Program-made: the position numbers and the translations under genes
Shown: piece after piece, positions 46,077 to 56,616 of the stretch
Layout: the number at the start of each line of letters is the position of its first letter
Numbering within the stretch: position 1 is the stretch's first letter
Notes under the pieces: model-generated
Databases searched by the model: none
What the model was told of the DNA's origin: nothing
What the model saw: the letters and a program-made list of their open reading frames with translations, nothing else
Origin: Lachnospiraceae bacterium
GTDB lineage: Bacteria; Bacillota; Clostridia; Lachnospirales; Lachnospiraceae
DNA length: 64,000 nt
Direction: 5' to 3'
NCBI GenBank assembly: GCA_024680675.1
Contig: JAILBX010000208.1
Coordinates: 18,493-82,492 of the forward strand

Positions 46077-49000
46077 TCAATTGATTTTCTCCCAGATTGC
46101 ATACAAGGTAATGCTTTTTTCAAAGCTGTCAGGCTTTATTATCCCCTTATCCTCAATGTCCGCAGTGTTTTTATCCTTGTCAAAAGACCAGCCGAGAAAC
46201 TTATAGCCCTCTGCGCTATAATTATTTTCATTTAAAGGATCCTCAAGACCAAAGCTTTGCTTCTGTGATCTGCAAATGCCTCTCACCCTTACATCCGAAG
46301 GATCATTAGGATCAAACTTAATCCTGTAGGTCCTCGGTATCCATTTGGCATATAAAATATGATCACCTAAATTATCCTTACTTATCCTGCTTATCTTATT
46401 TTCAAAAGCAGGATCAGTAAACCAGCCTCCAAACTTGTAGCCATCTTTTTCAGGCTTTGCCGAAAGCTTAAGATAGTGCCTTATGACATCCTCGCTGTAA
46501 TAGCTTGCGGGTATAGCTTCTCCTTCAATAAATGTCCCCCCGTTTAACTCAAGGACAATATTATATTCTTTTCCAAGATCAGGATCTGCAGACTCCTCTG
46601 ACTCGGGCCTTGTCAAAACCTTATTTTCTTCCTCAGGCTCTATGGACCTGATTATACGAATGATACCCTCTTTACTCTTATCTCTAAGGGTGATCCTGTA
46701 TTTTACTGTTCCAAAGTCCTTGGGTATGATCTTCCATTGACAGCTCTTACCATCCCCCGGCTCCAGTTCAAGGATACTCTCATCCGAAAGCTCGATCTTC
46801 ACATCACAGAGATCATGGGCATAAAAAGGCTTAATGGGATCAAAGCCCTGCTCCGCTTCCTTTCCAAGATCCCTTTGAGCTATCCTTAATTCTATCTTTT
46901 TACTTAAGATATCCCTTCCTTCATATACAAAATCCTCCGGGCTTTCCGACAGATCATATCCCAGTTCATTCAGGCTTTCCAGATCTTCTTCTTTATATAT
47001 GAGAGAAGGATCATAATATAAGCGGGCAGCTTCACCGAAGCTGGCAAGGGAAAGCTCCTCTTCCTTACCCTCCTCTTCATCCTCTATACCATAAGCTGAT
47101 GGCTCCTCCTCATTTAGTTGGGAGGCTTCCAGTTCTCCATCGGCCTTGGGGCGATCAAATCCCGAGCTTTCCTTTGAATAAAACCCGGATACTCTGTCCT
47201 TATCCCATAAACCGGATAAAACAAAGCCTTCAATGCCCCGGCATCCATAAAAGCATCTTTCAAGATCTGAAGAAGGAGAAATATCATCCTCATATAAAAG
47301 AAGCTTTCCCGAAAAACCACTGCAGTTTTCAAAAGCCCTGGCAGAAAGCCTCAGCTTTCTTTCCCCGCTTTTTCTTTTTGGTAAATGCAGCTCTCCGGAT
47401 AAAGAAGAGCAATCCATAAAGGCCGACTCACCTATTCTTCTTACTGTCTGGGGAAGCTTAAGCTCTCCCTCTAATCCGGACATGGAAAAAAAGGCATTGT
47501 TACCGATGGAAGTAAGACCTTCATTCAGCTTTAGTCTGGTTATCTTTTTATCTGAAAGAGCTCTCCATGGAGCTACCTGTCCGTCATCAGGGGTCTCGGC
47601 GAAGTCATACATCTCCCCCACCCCTTCTATTGTAAGCTCGCCATCATTCAATGACCAATAGAGCTCATCACCGCATTTTCCTTTGAATTCTGCATCATCG
47701 GCATGATCATCGCTGTTTTGAGTGCTTAAAAGCTCATTGCCTTCCTCCGACCTTACAGAAGAGAGCTCCTCCTCGGACAAGTCTTTAGCTGCATAGTAAT
47801 TTCCCGATAAATTTTTGTAAAAATCATCCTTGATATGATAAAGTCTGACATAACAATTGCCGCTAAAGTATTTTGAATGGTTACTTCCCTTAAAGGTCAC
47901 ATATCTGTAATCCTTCCATACATAGCCGCGGCCATTACGACCATAACCGTCGGTAATACATACTCCGTCCTCGTTATACCAGTGAAGTATCATAAAATGT
48001 GTAATATTATATTTATTTGCGCTGTAAGGGTTATGACACCAGATTATATCTCCGGATCTGGCATTATTGGCCTTTAGAAAGTCACAGATTTCAGAGCCGC
48101 CTATCTTACCCTTTGAATTGACATAGCTGCACATGCCAAAATTGTATCGGCGGCTGACTGAAAAGACATTTTTCCATATGTAATCAACAAGGGCGCAGCA
48201 TTGAATGGACAGGATGCTGCCATGACTGTTTTTAAAAGAATAGGGAAATCTTCCCTTAAGGGAAGCGACATATGAATTTATGCTGTTAACTGCTTCTTCC
48301 ACAAAGCCATAACGGTTACTGTTCCCCTTATATGAGGATCCGATATCCGAAAGTCTTCTGTACTGGTCTGAGGCAGCCACATACTGCTCTTCCCAAACAG
48401 CAGTAAGACTAATGTTATCTGAAACAAGAAGGGAGTCTCCGGGAGAATAGAGCTTTGTAGAATCTCCATTCAGACTCCAGCCCCAAAAATCATAACCGGA
48501 CCTCTTTGGTTTAGTATCCGATATCAGAAAACTGTCGCCCTTATGATACAGGTTATCATCATAAGGAAGATCAGTAACTCCTTTTCCTCCGGCTATATAG
48601 CTGACCTTATACTCTTCATCAGCGGATATATTTTCCTCCCGGGAGTCTGTCTCATCATCCGATATATTTTCTTCCTCAAAAGAAGCTTCCATAGACTGAT
48701 CTACAGCTTCTTCATTTATGACATTTTCATCGGATATGGTCTCATCCCAGATGATTTCAGCTTCTTCATCACCTGTCTCTGTAACAGGATCTGTCTCATC
48801 CCCGCTTTTTTCGGCTTCATTCTCTCCTTTAGAAGCCTCTTGGGAGGCAGCCTCTTTTGAATCGGCAGCATCCGCCTTACTATCATTATCCGTAACTTCT
48901 TTATTTTCAATTACAGCTGTATCTGAAGCTTCATTGTTTACAAGCCCGTCATTTAAAGATTGATCAGCCACAGCTTCATCTGATACCTGCTCATGAGAGC

Positions 49001-49193
49001 TCTCTGCTTCACCATTATTATCAGAAAGGGGAATTTCACTGCTGTCATTGCTTGCAGAGTCATCTGTTTCCACAGCCTTCAAAGGGGAAAGCTCTGTAGC
49101 AAAAACAAAGCTTTCCTCCAAAAAGACAAAAGAAACCGTCAATATTAAAACTATGATTATCTTAATATACTTTTTAAAGCATGTGATATTCAA
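46077..49193 (-). CDS. large secreted/surface protein (acidic linker, Listeria-Bacteroides 'Flg_new' repeats, NlpC/P60-like domain, BspA-type LRRs)
   Basis: TTG start after the SD GAGGGAG, followed by a signal/anchor helix. Flg_new-like repeats include 'GYDFWGWS', 'GYKFGGWFTD' and 'GYKFLGWSFD'. The papain-like signature is 'QCCALVDYIW ... GDIIWC ... HFMIL'. The LRR_5-like region reads 'LTSIGNNAFF..LKLPQTVRRIGESAFMDCSSL'. There is no LPXTG motif. Confidence 0.7.
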   Translation of the reverse strand: MNITCFKKYIKIIIVLILTVSFVFLEESFVFATELSPLKAVETDDSASNDSSEIPLSDNNGEAESSHEQVSDEAVADQSLNDGLVNNEASDTAVIENKEVTDNDSKADAADSKEAASQEASKGENEAEKSGDETDPVTETGDEEAEIIWDETISDENVINEEAVDQSMEASFEEENISDDETDSREENISADEEYKVSYIAGGKGVTDLPYDDNLYHKGDSFLISDTKPKRSGYDFWGWSLNGDSTKLYSPGDSLLVSDNISLTAVWEEQYVAASDQYRRLSDIGSSYKGNSNRYGFVEEAVNSINSYVASLKGRFPYSFKNSHGSILSIQCCALVDYIWKNVFSVSRRYNFGMCSYVNSKGKIGGSEICDFLKANNARSGDIIWCHNPYSANKYNITHFMILHWYNEDGVCITDGYGRNGRGYVWKDYRYVTFKGSNHSKYFSGNCYVRLYHIKDDFYKNLSGNYYAAKDLSEEELSSVRSEEGNELLSTQNSDDHADDAEFKGKCGDELYWSLNDGELTIEGVGEMYDFAETPDDGQVAPWRALSDKKITRLKLNEGLTSIGNNAFFSMSGLEGELKLPQTVRRIGESAFMDCSSLSGELHLPKRKSGERKLRLSARAFENCSGFSGKLLLYEDDISPSSDLERCFYGCRGIEGFVLSGLWDKDRVSGFYSKESSGFDRPKADGELEASQLNEEEPSAYGIEDEEEGKEEELSLASFGEAARLYYDPSLIYKEEDLESLNELGYDLSESPEDFVYEGRDILSKKIELRIAQRDLGKEAEQGFDPIKPFYAHDLCDVKIELSDESILELEPGDGKSCQWKIIPKDFGTVKYRITLRDKSKEGIIRIIRSIEPEEENKVLTRPESEESADPDLGKEYNIVLELNGGTFIEGEAIPASYYSEDVIRHYLKLSAKPEKDGYKFGGWFTDPAFENKISRISKDNLGDHILYAKWIPRTYRIKFDPNDPSDVRVRGICRSQKQSFGLEDPLNENNYSAEGYKFLGWSFDKDKNTADIEDKGIIKPDSFEKSITLYAIWEKIN

Positions 49194-49253
49194 CAGATAA
49201 TACTCCCTCTAAACTGCAGATAATTATAAATATCCCCATAGGATCCTTTTTGA

Positions 49254-51914
49254 TCACTGATCAATCATAGACTCAAGTACCGATTCAGCTTCCTTAAGAC
49301 AAGCATCTATACCGGCAGGATCCTTTCCTCCGGCCTGGGCCATATTGGGACGACCGCCGCCGCCTCCTCCAACAAGCTTTGCGATACCCTTTATAAGATT
49401 TCCGGCATGGGCTCCCTTCTTTATGGCCTCATCTGTTGCCATTGCAAGAAGATTTACCTTACCTTCATTCTCGGAAGCAATAACTATAACTCCTTCTCCA
49501 AGCTGACCTCTGACATTATCTCCAAGGTCCCTTAAACCGTTCATATCAACTCCGGATACCCTGGCGGCCACAAGCTTTACGCCCTTTATATCCAACACAT
49601 TATCAAGAACCCCTGACAAAGCCCCCTGAGCAGCTTTACTTTTTATGGATTCTATCTGGCTGTTTAAGCTCTTCATATCCGAAAGAAGATGTTCTACCTT
49701 ATCAAGAGCCCCGCTAAGAGGTGTCTTTAAAAGCTTTGAGATCTCCTTAAGGATCTTCTCCTCTTCCTTATAGTGATTAAATACTGCATTCTGGGTAATA
49801 GCTTCTATCCTTCTTACGCCGGCAGCAATACCTGACTCGGATATGATCTTAAAGGAGGCAATATTCCCCGTATTCTTAACATGAGTACCTCCACACAGCT
49901 CCACTGAGAAATCACCCATGCTGACAACTCTTACCTTCTCACCGTATTTTTCTCCAAACAAAGCCATAGCTCCGGTTTTCTTTGCATCCTCTATGGACAT
50001 TATTTCAGTCTTAACAGGTAGATCCTTTGAAATCTCCTCATTGACGATATTTTCAACCTTCTCGATCTCCTCTTCTGTCATTGCCGAAAAATGGCTGAAG
50101 TCAAAACGCAGTCTCTCCCCGTTGACGAAGGAGCCCGCCTGTTCAACATGACTTCCAAGAACCATTCTTAGAGCCTTTTGCAGTAAATGGGTGGCACTGT
50201 GATTTCTGCAGGTATTGTTTCTGTTTACTTCATTTACAGAAAGGCTGACCTTGTCATTTATCTTGAACATACCCCGGGTCATTTTACCTATATGTCCCAC
50301 CTTATTTCCCGGGAGTTTTATTGTATCCGTAACTTCAAATTCACCATTCTCAGAGGATATATATCCTATATCGGCAGTTTGTCCACCCATAGTGGCGTAA
50401 AAAGGAGTCTGACTTACCACTATAGTTCCCTGATCCCCATCGGCCAGAGCATCGGTTAATTCCTTCTCCGTGGTAAGGGCTGTGATGACCGAATCAGCCT
50501 TCAGCCTGTCATAGCCTATAAATTCAGTTGTCAAAGAAGTATCTATCTCTTCATAAACAGTAGCGTCCGCTCCCATATAGTTTGTGACCTTACGGGCTTT
50601 TCTTGCTGCCTCCTTTTGCTCCTGCATGCATTTTTCAAAGCCTTCCTCATCTACTATATAACCCTTTTCTTCAAGGATCTCCTTAGTGAGATCCAAAGGA
50701 AAGCCATAGGTATCATGGAGCTTAAAGGCATCCTCTCCCTTTAATTCTTTAATTCCCTCCTTTTTCATCTGATCACAGAGATCATTTAAGATGGAAAGAC
50801 CCTGGTCTATGGTCTTATTAAACTTGCTTTCCTCCTGGCTTAGAACATTCAGGATAAATTCCTTCTTTTCCTCAAGCTCTTTGTAACCGTCCTTAGATTC
50901 CCTGATAACAGTCTGGGCCAGCTCTGAAAGAAAATTCCCTTCTATTCCAAGGAGCCTTCCATGCCTTGCAGCACGTCTTATGATCCTTCTGAGCACGTAG
51001 CCTCGTCCTTCATTTGAGGGCATAACCCCGTCAGATACAAGGAAGGTTGCCGAACGAATATGATCTGTTATAAGTCTTATGGAGACATCCTTCCTGGGAT
51101 CGGACTCATAGCTTGTTTTTGCAAGCTCACATATATGATCCCTTATTGCCTTCATGGTATCTATATCAAAAACAGAATCCACATCCTGAACTACTACAGC
51201 CAGTCTTTCAAGACCCATGCCCGTATCTATATTTTTGCTGGCAAGCTCCGTATAATTACCCTTTCCATCTCCTTCGAACTGGGTAAATACATTGTTCCAT
51301 ACCTCCATAAAGCGGTCGCAATCACATCCCACCTTACAGTCAGCCTTGCCGCAGCCGTATTTTTCTCCCCTGTCATAATAGATCTCAGAACATGGACCAC
51401 AGGGACCTGCGCCATGCTCCCAGAAGTTATCACACTCTCCCGTAACGGGATCCCTGTAAAATCTTGTTATCTTTTCAGCAGGAACACCGATCTCATCTGT
51501 CCATATTTTAAAGGCTTCCTCATCCTCGCCATATACGGAAGGATAAAGCCTGTCAGGATCCATACCTATAACCTTGGTAAGGAATTCATAGCTCCAGGCA
51601 ATAGCCTCATGCTTAAAATAATCCCCAAAGGAAAAATTTCCCAGCATTTCAAAAAAAGTCAAATGCCTTGCTGTCTTTCCCACATTATCTATATCACCTG
51701 TACGAACACATTTCTGACAGGTGGTGACCCTTTTCTTAGGAGGTATTTCCTGTCCTGTAAAATAAGGCTTTAAGGGTGCCATTCCAGCGTTAATAAGCAG
51801 AAGGCTGTTATCATTGTGGGGTACCAGGGAAAAGCTTTTCATTACAAGATGCTCCTTGCTTTCAAAGAAATCAAGATACATCTTTCTAAGTTCATTAACA
51901 CCATATTTTTTCAT
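49254..51914 (-). CDS. alaS: alanine--tRNA ligase
   Basis: 886 aa with full-length AlaRS similarity, including the editing-domain 'HSATHLL' and a Gly-rich DHHA1 C-terminus. Confidence 0.95.
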   Translation of the reverse strand: MKKYGVNELRKMYLDFFESKEHLVMKSFSLVPHNDNSLLLINAGMAPLKPYFTGQEIPPKKRVTTCQKCVRTGDIDNVGKTARHLTFFEMLGNFSFGDYFKHEAIAWSYEFLTKVIGMDPDRLYPSVYGEDEEAFKIWTDEIGVPAEKITRFYRDPVTGECDNFWEHGAGPCGPCSEIYYDRGEKYGCGKADCKVGCDCDRFMEVWNNVFTQFEGDGKGNYTELASKNIDTGMGLERLAVVVQDVDSVFDIDTMKAIRDHICELAKTSYESDPRKDVSIRLITDHIRSATFLVSDGVMPSNEGRGYVLRRIIRRAARHGRLLGIEGNFLSELAQTVIRESKDGYKELEEKKEFILNVLSQEESKFNKTIDQGLSILNDLCDQMKKEGIKELKGEDAFKLHDTYGFPLDLTKEILEEKGYIVDEEGFEKCMQEQKEAARKARKVTNYMGADATVYEEIDTSLTTEFIGYDRLKADSVITALTTEKELTDALADGDQGTIVVSQTPFYATMGGQTADIGYISSENGEFEVTDTIKLPGNKVGHIGKMTRGMFKINDKVSLSVNEVNRNNTCRNHSATHLLQKALRMVLGSHVEQAGSFVNGERLRFDFSHFSAMTEEEIEKVENIVNEEISKDLPVKTEIMSIEDAKKTGAMALFGEKYGEKVRVVSMGDFSVELCGGTHVKNTGNIASFKIISESGIAAGVRRIEAITQNAVFNHYKEEEKILKEISKLLKTPLSGALDKVEHLLSDMKSLNSQIESIKSKAAQGALSGVLDNVLDIKGVKLVAARVSGVDMNGLRDLGDNVRGQLGEGVIVIASENEGKVNLLAMATDEAIKKGAHAGNLIKGIAKLVGGGGGGRPNMAQAGGKDPAGIDACLKEAESVLESMIDQ

Positions 51915-51951
51915 TGATCTTTCCTCACTATTCAGGATTTATTTATAATAA

Positions 51952-52959
51952 TTAAAGAATAAAAATACCATGCTCTGAAAGTGCTTCAATATCCTCATCC
52001 TTCCAGATAGAGCTTTGAACCTCTCCGATATGGGCTCTTCTCAGGAAAAATAAACAAAGTCTTGACTGACCTATACCTCCGCCTATTGTATAGGGTATTT
52101 CTCTGTCCATAATAGACTTCTGGAAGGGAAGCTTAAGTCTTTCCGGACATCCTGCCTTCTCAAGCTGCTCTTTAAGGGAATTTTCATCTACTCTTATACC
52201 CATGGATGAAAGCTCAAGTCCTATATCAAGCAGGGGGTAATAAACTATAATATCCCCGTTAAGGGCCCAGTCATCATAGTCCGGTGCTCTTCCGTCATGA
52301 GGCTTTCCGGAATTCAGCTTATCTCCTATCTGCATAAGGAAGATGGCGCCATGCTCCTTAGCGGCTTTTTGTTCTCTCTCCTTAGAAGTCAGCTCAGGAT
52401 ATTTGTCTTCAAGCTCCTGACTTGTTACAAAATGTATCTCATCCGGCAGGATCCTTTTTATTTCGGGATGTCTTGAATTAATAAAAACCTCTGTATTCTT
52501 CAAGGCCTCATAGACCTTACCTACTATTGCTTTAAGGGTGGCCTCATTTCTTTCGGACTTATCTATAACCCTTTCCCAGTCCCACTGGTCAACATATATT
52601 GAATGTATATTATCTGTATCTTCATCTCTTCTTATGGCGCTCATATCGGTATAAAGACCTTCTCCCGATCCAAAGCCATACTTCTTTAAGGCCATTCTCT
52701 TCCACTTTGCAAGAGAATGAACTATTTCTGCCACTGCATCATCCTGTTCCTTTATTCCAAAGCTTACCGGACGCTCAACTCCGTTCAGATTATCGTTGAG
52801 TCCTGTTTCCGGCCTTACAAAAAGAGGCGCGGAAACTCTGGTAAGATTTAATTCCTTAGCCAGGGCTCTTTCAAAATAATCCTTTACCTCTTTTATAGCT
52901 ATCTCAGTTTCCTTACAGCTCATTGGACTTTTATAGCCCTCAGGCAACATAACGCTCAT
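51952..52959 (-). CDS. asnA: aspartate--ammonia ligase
   Basis: AsnA similarity throughout ('VSAPLFV', 'DQWDWE', 'GGGIGQSRL'). The start is set at ATG 52959 (MSVMLPEG), after the SD GGAGG. Confidence 0.9.
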   Translation of the reverse strand: MSVMLPEGYKSPMSCKETEIAIKEVKDYFERALAKELNLTRVSAPLFVRPETGLNDNLNGVERPVSFGIKEQDDAVAEIVHSLAKWKRMALKKYGFGSGEGLYTDMSAIRRDEDTDNIHSIYVDQWDWERVIDKSERNEATLKAIVGKVYEALKNTEVFINSRHPEIKRILPDEIHFVTSQELEDKYPELTSKEREQKAAKEHGAIFLMQIGDKLNSGKPHDGRAPDYDDWALNGDIIVYYPLLDIGLELSSMGIRVDENSLKEQLEKAGCPERLKLPFQKSIMDREIPYTIGGGIGQSRLCLFFLRRAHIGEVQSSIWKDEDIEALSEHGIFIL

Positions 52960-53084
52960 AATCCTTACCTCCAAAATACTGCTTAAGGGAAAGGAATAAA
53001 CCTTTCCCAGAATTATTCATATTTTTTACAATCTCAAATTTAGATTATAAAATAATAATTTAATAATATCAATATTGATTATTT

Positions 53085-54854
53085 TTATTCCAGACCTGAG
53101 CCTGCCTTATAAAGCTTTGAATAAAAACCTTTTTTCTCAAGAAGCTCCAAATGCTTTCCCTGTTCTATAACCTTACCATCCTTCATAACAAGTATAAGGT
53201 CTGAATTTTTTATGGTTGACAGCCTGTGGGCAACAATAAAGGTTGTCCTGCCCTGCATAAGCTTTAAAAAAGCATCCTGGATACGCATTTCCGTTCTTGT
53301 ATCTATGGATGAGGTTGCCTCATCCAATATGAGCATTTGCGGAAGGGCTAACATAACTCTTGAAATACATAAAAGCTGCTTTTGTCCCTGGGAAAGCTGC
53401 CCCCCGTCCTCGCTTATCATAGTATCATAACCCTTTTCAAGTCTTCTTATGAAGGAATGTGCGTGACATTCTTTTGCGGCAGCTATAACCTCTTCTCTTG
53501 TGGCATGGGGTTTTCCTATCCTTATATTATCAAGAACCGTTGCATTTCTAAGCCAGGTTTCCTGAAGCACCATGCCGTAGGAGGATCTGAGACTTTTCCT
53601 TGTTATATTCCTTATATCTTCTTTTGATGAAAAAGTACCCTTATCCCTGTAAAATTCTCCCTCCAGACTGATACTTCCCTCATTTACATCATAAAATCTC
53701 ATTAAGAGGTTGATTATCGTGGTCTTACCGCAGCCGGTAGGCCCTACTATGGCTATTCTCTCACCGCTTTTTACTGATAATGAAAGGTTTTCAATAAGCT
53801 TCTTATCCGGAAGATATGAAAAATCAACCTTATCAATAAATACATTTCCACTTGGATCTGACAGCTTTAGAGAATCATCATCACTGCTTTCCCTTTCCTC
53901 ATTGATAAGCTGGAATATCCTGCCGGCACAGGCCAGGGCATTCTGCAGCTCTGTTATGACACCTGTGATCTCATTAAAGGGTTTTGTATACTGGGTTGCA
54001 TAATTTAAAAAGCAGACTAAAGTTCCTATTGTCATTCCCCCTGATATTACCACCAGGGCTCCGAATAAGGTTACAGCCGCATATATAAGAGAATTTACAA
54101 ATCGTGTCGCAGGATTTGTAAGTGAGGAATAAAAAATTGCTTTAAGGGAAGCATCCTTTAACTCACTGTTTATTTCCTCATAGTCTTCAAGAGTTGCCTC
54201 TTCATGTGAATAAGCCTTTACAACCTTGAAATTATTCAATATCTCATTTATAAGAGCTGTCTGATCCCCTCTTATGGATGACTGCTTTGAAAAAAGAGTA
54301 TAGGTTTTTGAGGTGACAAACTTTGCTATAAATAGAGATACAGGGGTAAGGACTATTACAACTGCAGCAATCCTGTAATTCATTCTCACCATAAATATAA
54401 GAGTACCAAGGATCGTCATTATACCGGTAAATAACTGGGTAAAGCCCATGATAAGTCCGTCAGAAAGCTGATCCACATCTGCTATTATCCTTGAAACGAT
54501 CCCGCCTTGGGGATTTCTGTCTATATAGCCAAGGGGAAGCTTTTGAAGCTTCTTAAAGGCATCATTTCTTATATCCTTTACTGACATAAAGGCTATATCG
54601 TTATTGATATTGTTCATAATAAGCTGGGAAGCTCCCGCTATTAGAGCAACAATAAAGGCCCTTGTAAGGATAGCGCTGACCCGGGTCAGCTCAAAGCCCT
54701 CATAGGCTATAAGGTCAATGGCATCAGCTATTATAATGGGTGTATATAAGGTCATTACCACATTAATAACTGCGCAGGTTAAAGATATGATGATCTTGAA
54801 GCTGTAGGGCTTTAGATAATTCATTAAAATCTTAAGGGAGCTTTTCTGTTTCAT
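53085..54854 (-). CDS. ABC exporter, fused permease/ATPase (heterodimer partner 2)
   Basis: Six-TM domain, Walker A 'GPTGCGKTT', signature 'LSQGQKQ' and Walker B 'LILDEATS'. Confidence 0.88.
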   Translation of the reverse strand: MKQKSSLKILMNYLKPYSFKIIISLTCAVINVVMTLYTPIIIADAIDLIAYEGFELTRVSAILTRAFIVALIAGASQLIMNNINNDIAFMSVKDIRNDAFKKLQKLPLGYIDRNPQGGIVSRIIADVDQLSDGLIMGFTQLFTGIMTILGTLIFMVRMNYRIAAVVIVLTPVSLFIAKFVTSKTYTLFSKQSSIRGDQTALINEILNNFKVVKAYSHEEATLEDYEEINSELKDASLKAIFYSSLTNPATRFVNSLIYAAVTLFGALVVISGGMTIGTLVCFLNYATQYTKPFNEITGVITELQNALACAGRIFQLINEERESSDDDSLKLSDPSGNVFIDKVDFSYLPDKKLIENLSLSVKSGERIAIVGPTGCGKTTIINLLMRFYDVNEGSISLEGEFYRDKGTFSSKEDIRNITRKSLRSSYGMVLQETWLRNATVLDNIRIGKPHATREEVIAAAKECHAHSFIRRLEKGYDTMISEDGGQLSQGQKQLLCISRVMLALPQMLILDEATSSIDTRTEMRIQDAFLKLMQGRTTFIVAHRLSTIKNSDLILVMKDGKVIEQGKHLELLEKKGFYSKLYKAGSGLE

Positions 54855-56611
54855 CCTTTATCCTCCTTTTCATACTGGGATTCATGGATCTCTCTGTAAA
54901 GCTCACAATTTAAAAGCAGCTCCTCATGACTGCCCATTCCGACTATCTCTCCGTCATCCATAACGATTATCTTATTGGCCTCCTTTATTGAAGAGGTTCT
55001 CTGTGAGATCATAAATACCGTAGGTGAGTAAGAGAGCTCACTAAGCTTCTTTCTCAGCTTAAGATCCGTGGCATAATCAAGAGCCGAGGAGGAGTCGTCA
55101 AAGATAAGGATCTCCGGTTTCCTCACCAGAGCTCTGGCAATTGTCAGTCTCTGCTTCTGTCCACCTGATAAATTTCTTCCATCCTGCTCTATGATTCCGT
55201 CAATTCCTCCCTTGGATGCCACAACATCCTCAGCCTGGGCAAGCTTTACTGCCTCCATTATTTCTTCATCACTTGCATCCTCTTTACCCCACTTCAGGTT
55301 ATCTCTTATGCTTCCCTTAAATAATGCTGCCTTTTGAAGGACTATACCAACATTGGATCTTAAGCTCTTTATGGGAAGCTCATTAACATTTATTCCGTCA
55401 TATAATACCCTGCCCCCATTTACATCATAAAAACGGGGTATAAGGTTTACTATACTGGTCTTACCTGAACCTGTTCCTCCAATTATTCCTATGGTCTCAC
55501 CCTTTTTTACCTTAAATGAAATATCATTTAAAGCATCATCACCATTTTCATTATATTTAAAGGAAACATGATCAAATTCGATCTTATAGCCTTCACCCTC
55601 CGTCAAAGCATTTCTTCCTTCTTCGGATTCTTCCTTTTTCTTACTATCCTCCCCAAAAACAGGAATGGATGACTTTGAGGCAAATACATCGGATATCCTG
55701 TTTGCACTGGCTAAGGCCTTGTTTATTGTTATTATAAGGTTTGCAAACTTGATAAGCTCAATAAGTATCTGGGACATATAATTGTATAGAGCCACAACCT
55801 CACCGCTTGAAAGCTCATTTGCCTGAACCTTGACAGCCCCCACATGGATAAGAAGAACTATGAAAATATTAACAATAACGTATGTCATGGGGTTTAGAAG
55901 AGCAGAAAGATGACCCGCTTTCTTTTGTCTTCTTACATGCTCATTGATATTTTCCCCGTAATTCTCTATCTCAATATCCTCAAGACAAAAGGCTCTTATC
56001 ACCCTGTTTCCGGAAAGGTTCTCTGAGGTTAAGAGGGTTATCCTGTCCAGGGCCTCCTGAGCCTTCTTTAAGGCCGGAATATTATATTTCATTATAAGGG
56101 CTACGACCAGGAATAAGATAAGGATCATGAAAAGAAAGATCATGGCTATCTTGTAATCGATAAGAAATGCCGCTATCATTGCTCCAAAGACTATAAAGGG
56201 CGATCTTAAAAAGAGCCTTAAAAACATATTGACTCCGGTCTGAGCCTGATTAACATCACTGGTAAGTCTTGTTATAAGAGTTGAGGTTCCTAAATTATCC
56301 GCTTCCTTATGGGAAAAGTTTAAAATATGTTTGAAAAGATCTGCTCTAAGTTCAGTGGCAAAGCCTGTCGCAGCCTTGGCTGAGAAATATTGGGCGGTTA
56401 CTGCCACCAATAAGCCCACAACAGCAAGAAAGGCCATTAACATGACCTTTCTTGCTATATAAGCATTATCTTCGTTCTTTATACCCTGATCTATGATGGA
56501 AGCCACAACCATGGGTACTATAAGCTCAAATATTGCTTCTAACATCTTAAATAAAGGTGCCAGAACACATTCCAGTCTGTAGTTTTTTAAATATTTTAAT
56601 AAATTACGCAT
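54851..56611 (-). CDS. ABC exporter, fused permease/ATPase (heterodimer partner 1)
   Basis: Walker A 'GGTGSGKTS', signature 'LSGGQKQR' and Walker B 'LIFDDSSS'. It overlaps its partner by 4 nt. Confidence 0.88.
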   Translation of the reverse strand: MRNLLKYLKNYRLECVLAPLFKMLEAIFELIVPMVVASIIDQGIKNEDNAYIARKVMLMAFLAVVGLLVAVTAQYFSAKAATGFATELRADLFKHILNFSHKEADNLGTSTLITRLTSDVNQAQTGVNMFLRLFLRSPFIVFGAMIAAFLIDYKIAMIFLFMILILFLVVALIMKYNIPALKKAQEALDRITLLTSENLSGNRVIRAFCLEDIEIENYGENINEHVRRQKKAGHLSALLNPMTYVIVNIFIVLLIHVGAVKVQANELSSGEVVALYNYMSQILIELIKFANLIITINKALASANRISDVFASKSSIPVFGEDSKKKEESEEGRNALTEGEGYKIEFDHVSFKYNENGDDALNDISFKVKKGETIGIIGGTGSGKTSIVNLIPRFYDVNGGRVLYDGINVNELPIKSLRSNVGIVLQKAALFKGSIRDNLKWGKEDASDEEIMEAVKLAQAEDVVASKGGIDGIIEQDGRNLSGGQKQRLTIARALVRKPEILIFDDSSSALDYATDLKLRKKLSELSYSPTVFMISQRTSSIKEANKIIVMDDGEIVGMGSHEELLLNCELYREIHESQYEKEDKG

Positions 56612-56616
56612 AAATC

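Noticed and set aside
51915-51951. A possible T-box or leader upstream of alaS, and likewise upstream of asnA at 52960..53084.
   Set aside because: The alaS gap is only 37 nt. The asnA gap is about 125 nt and contains one short hairpin (GGGAAAGG-N6-CCTTTCCC, 52987..53008). Neither is long enough or has the specifier/T-box features of a roughly 200-300-nt T-box leader.
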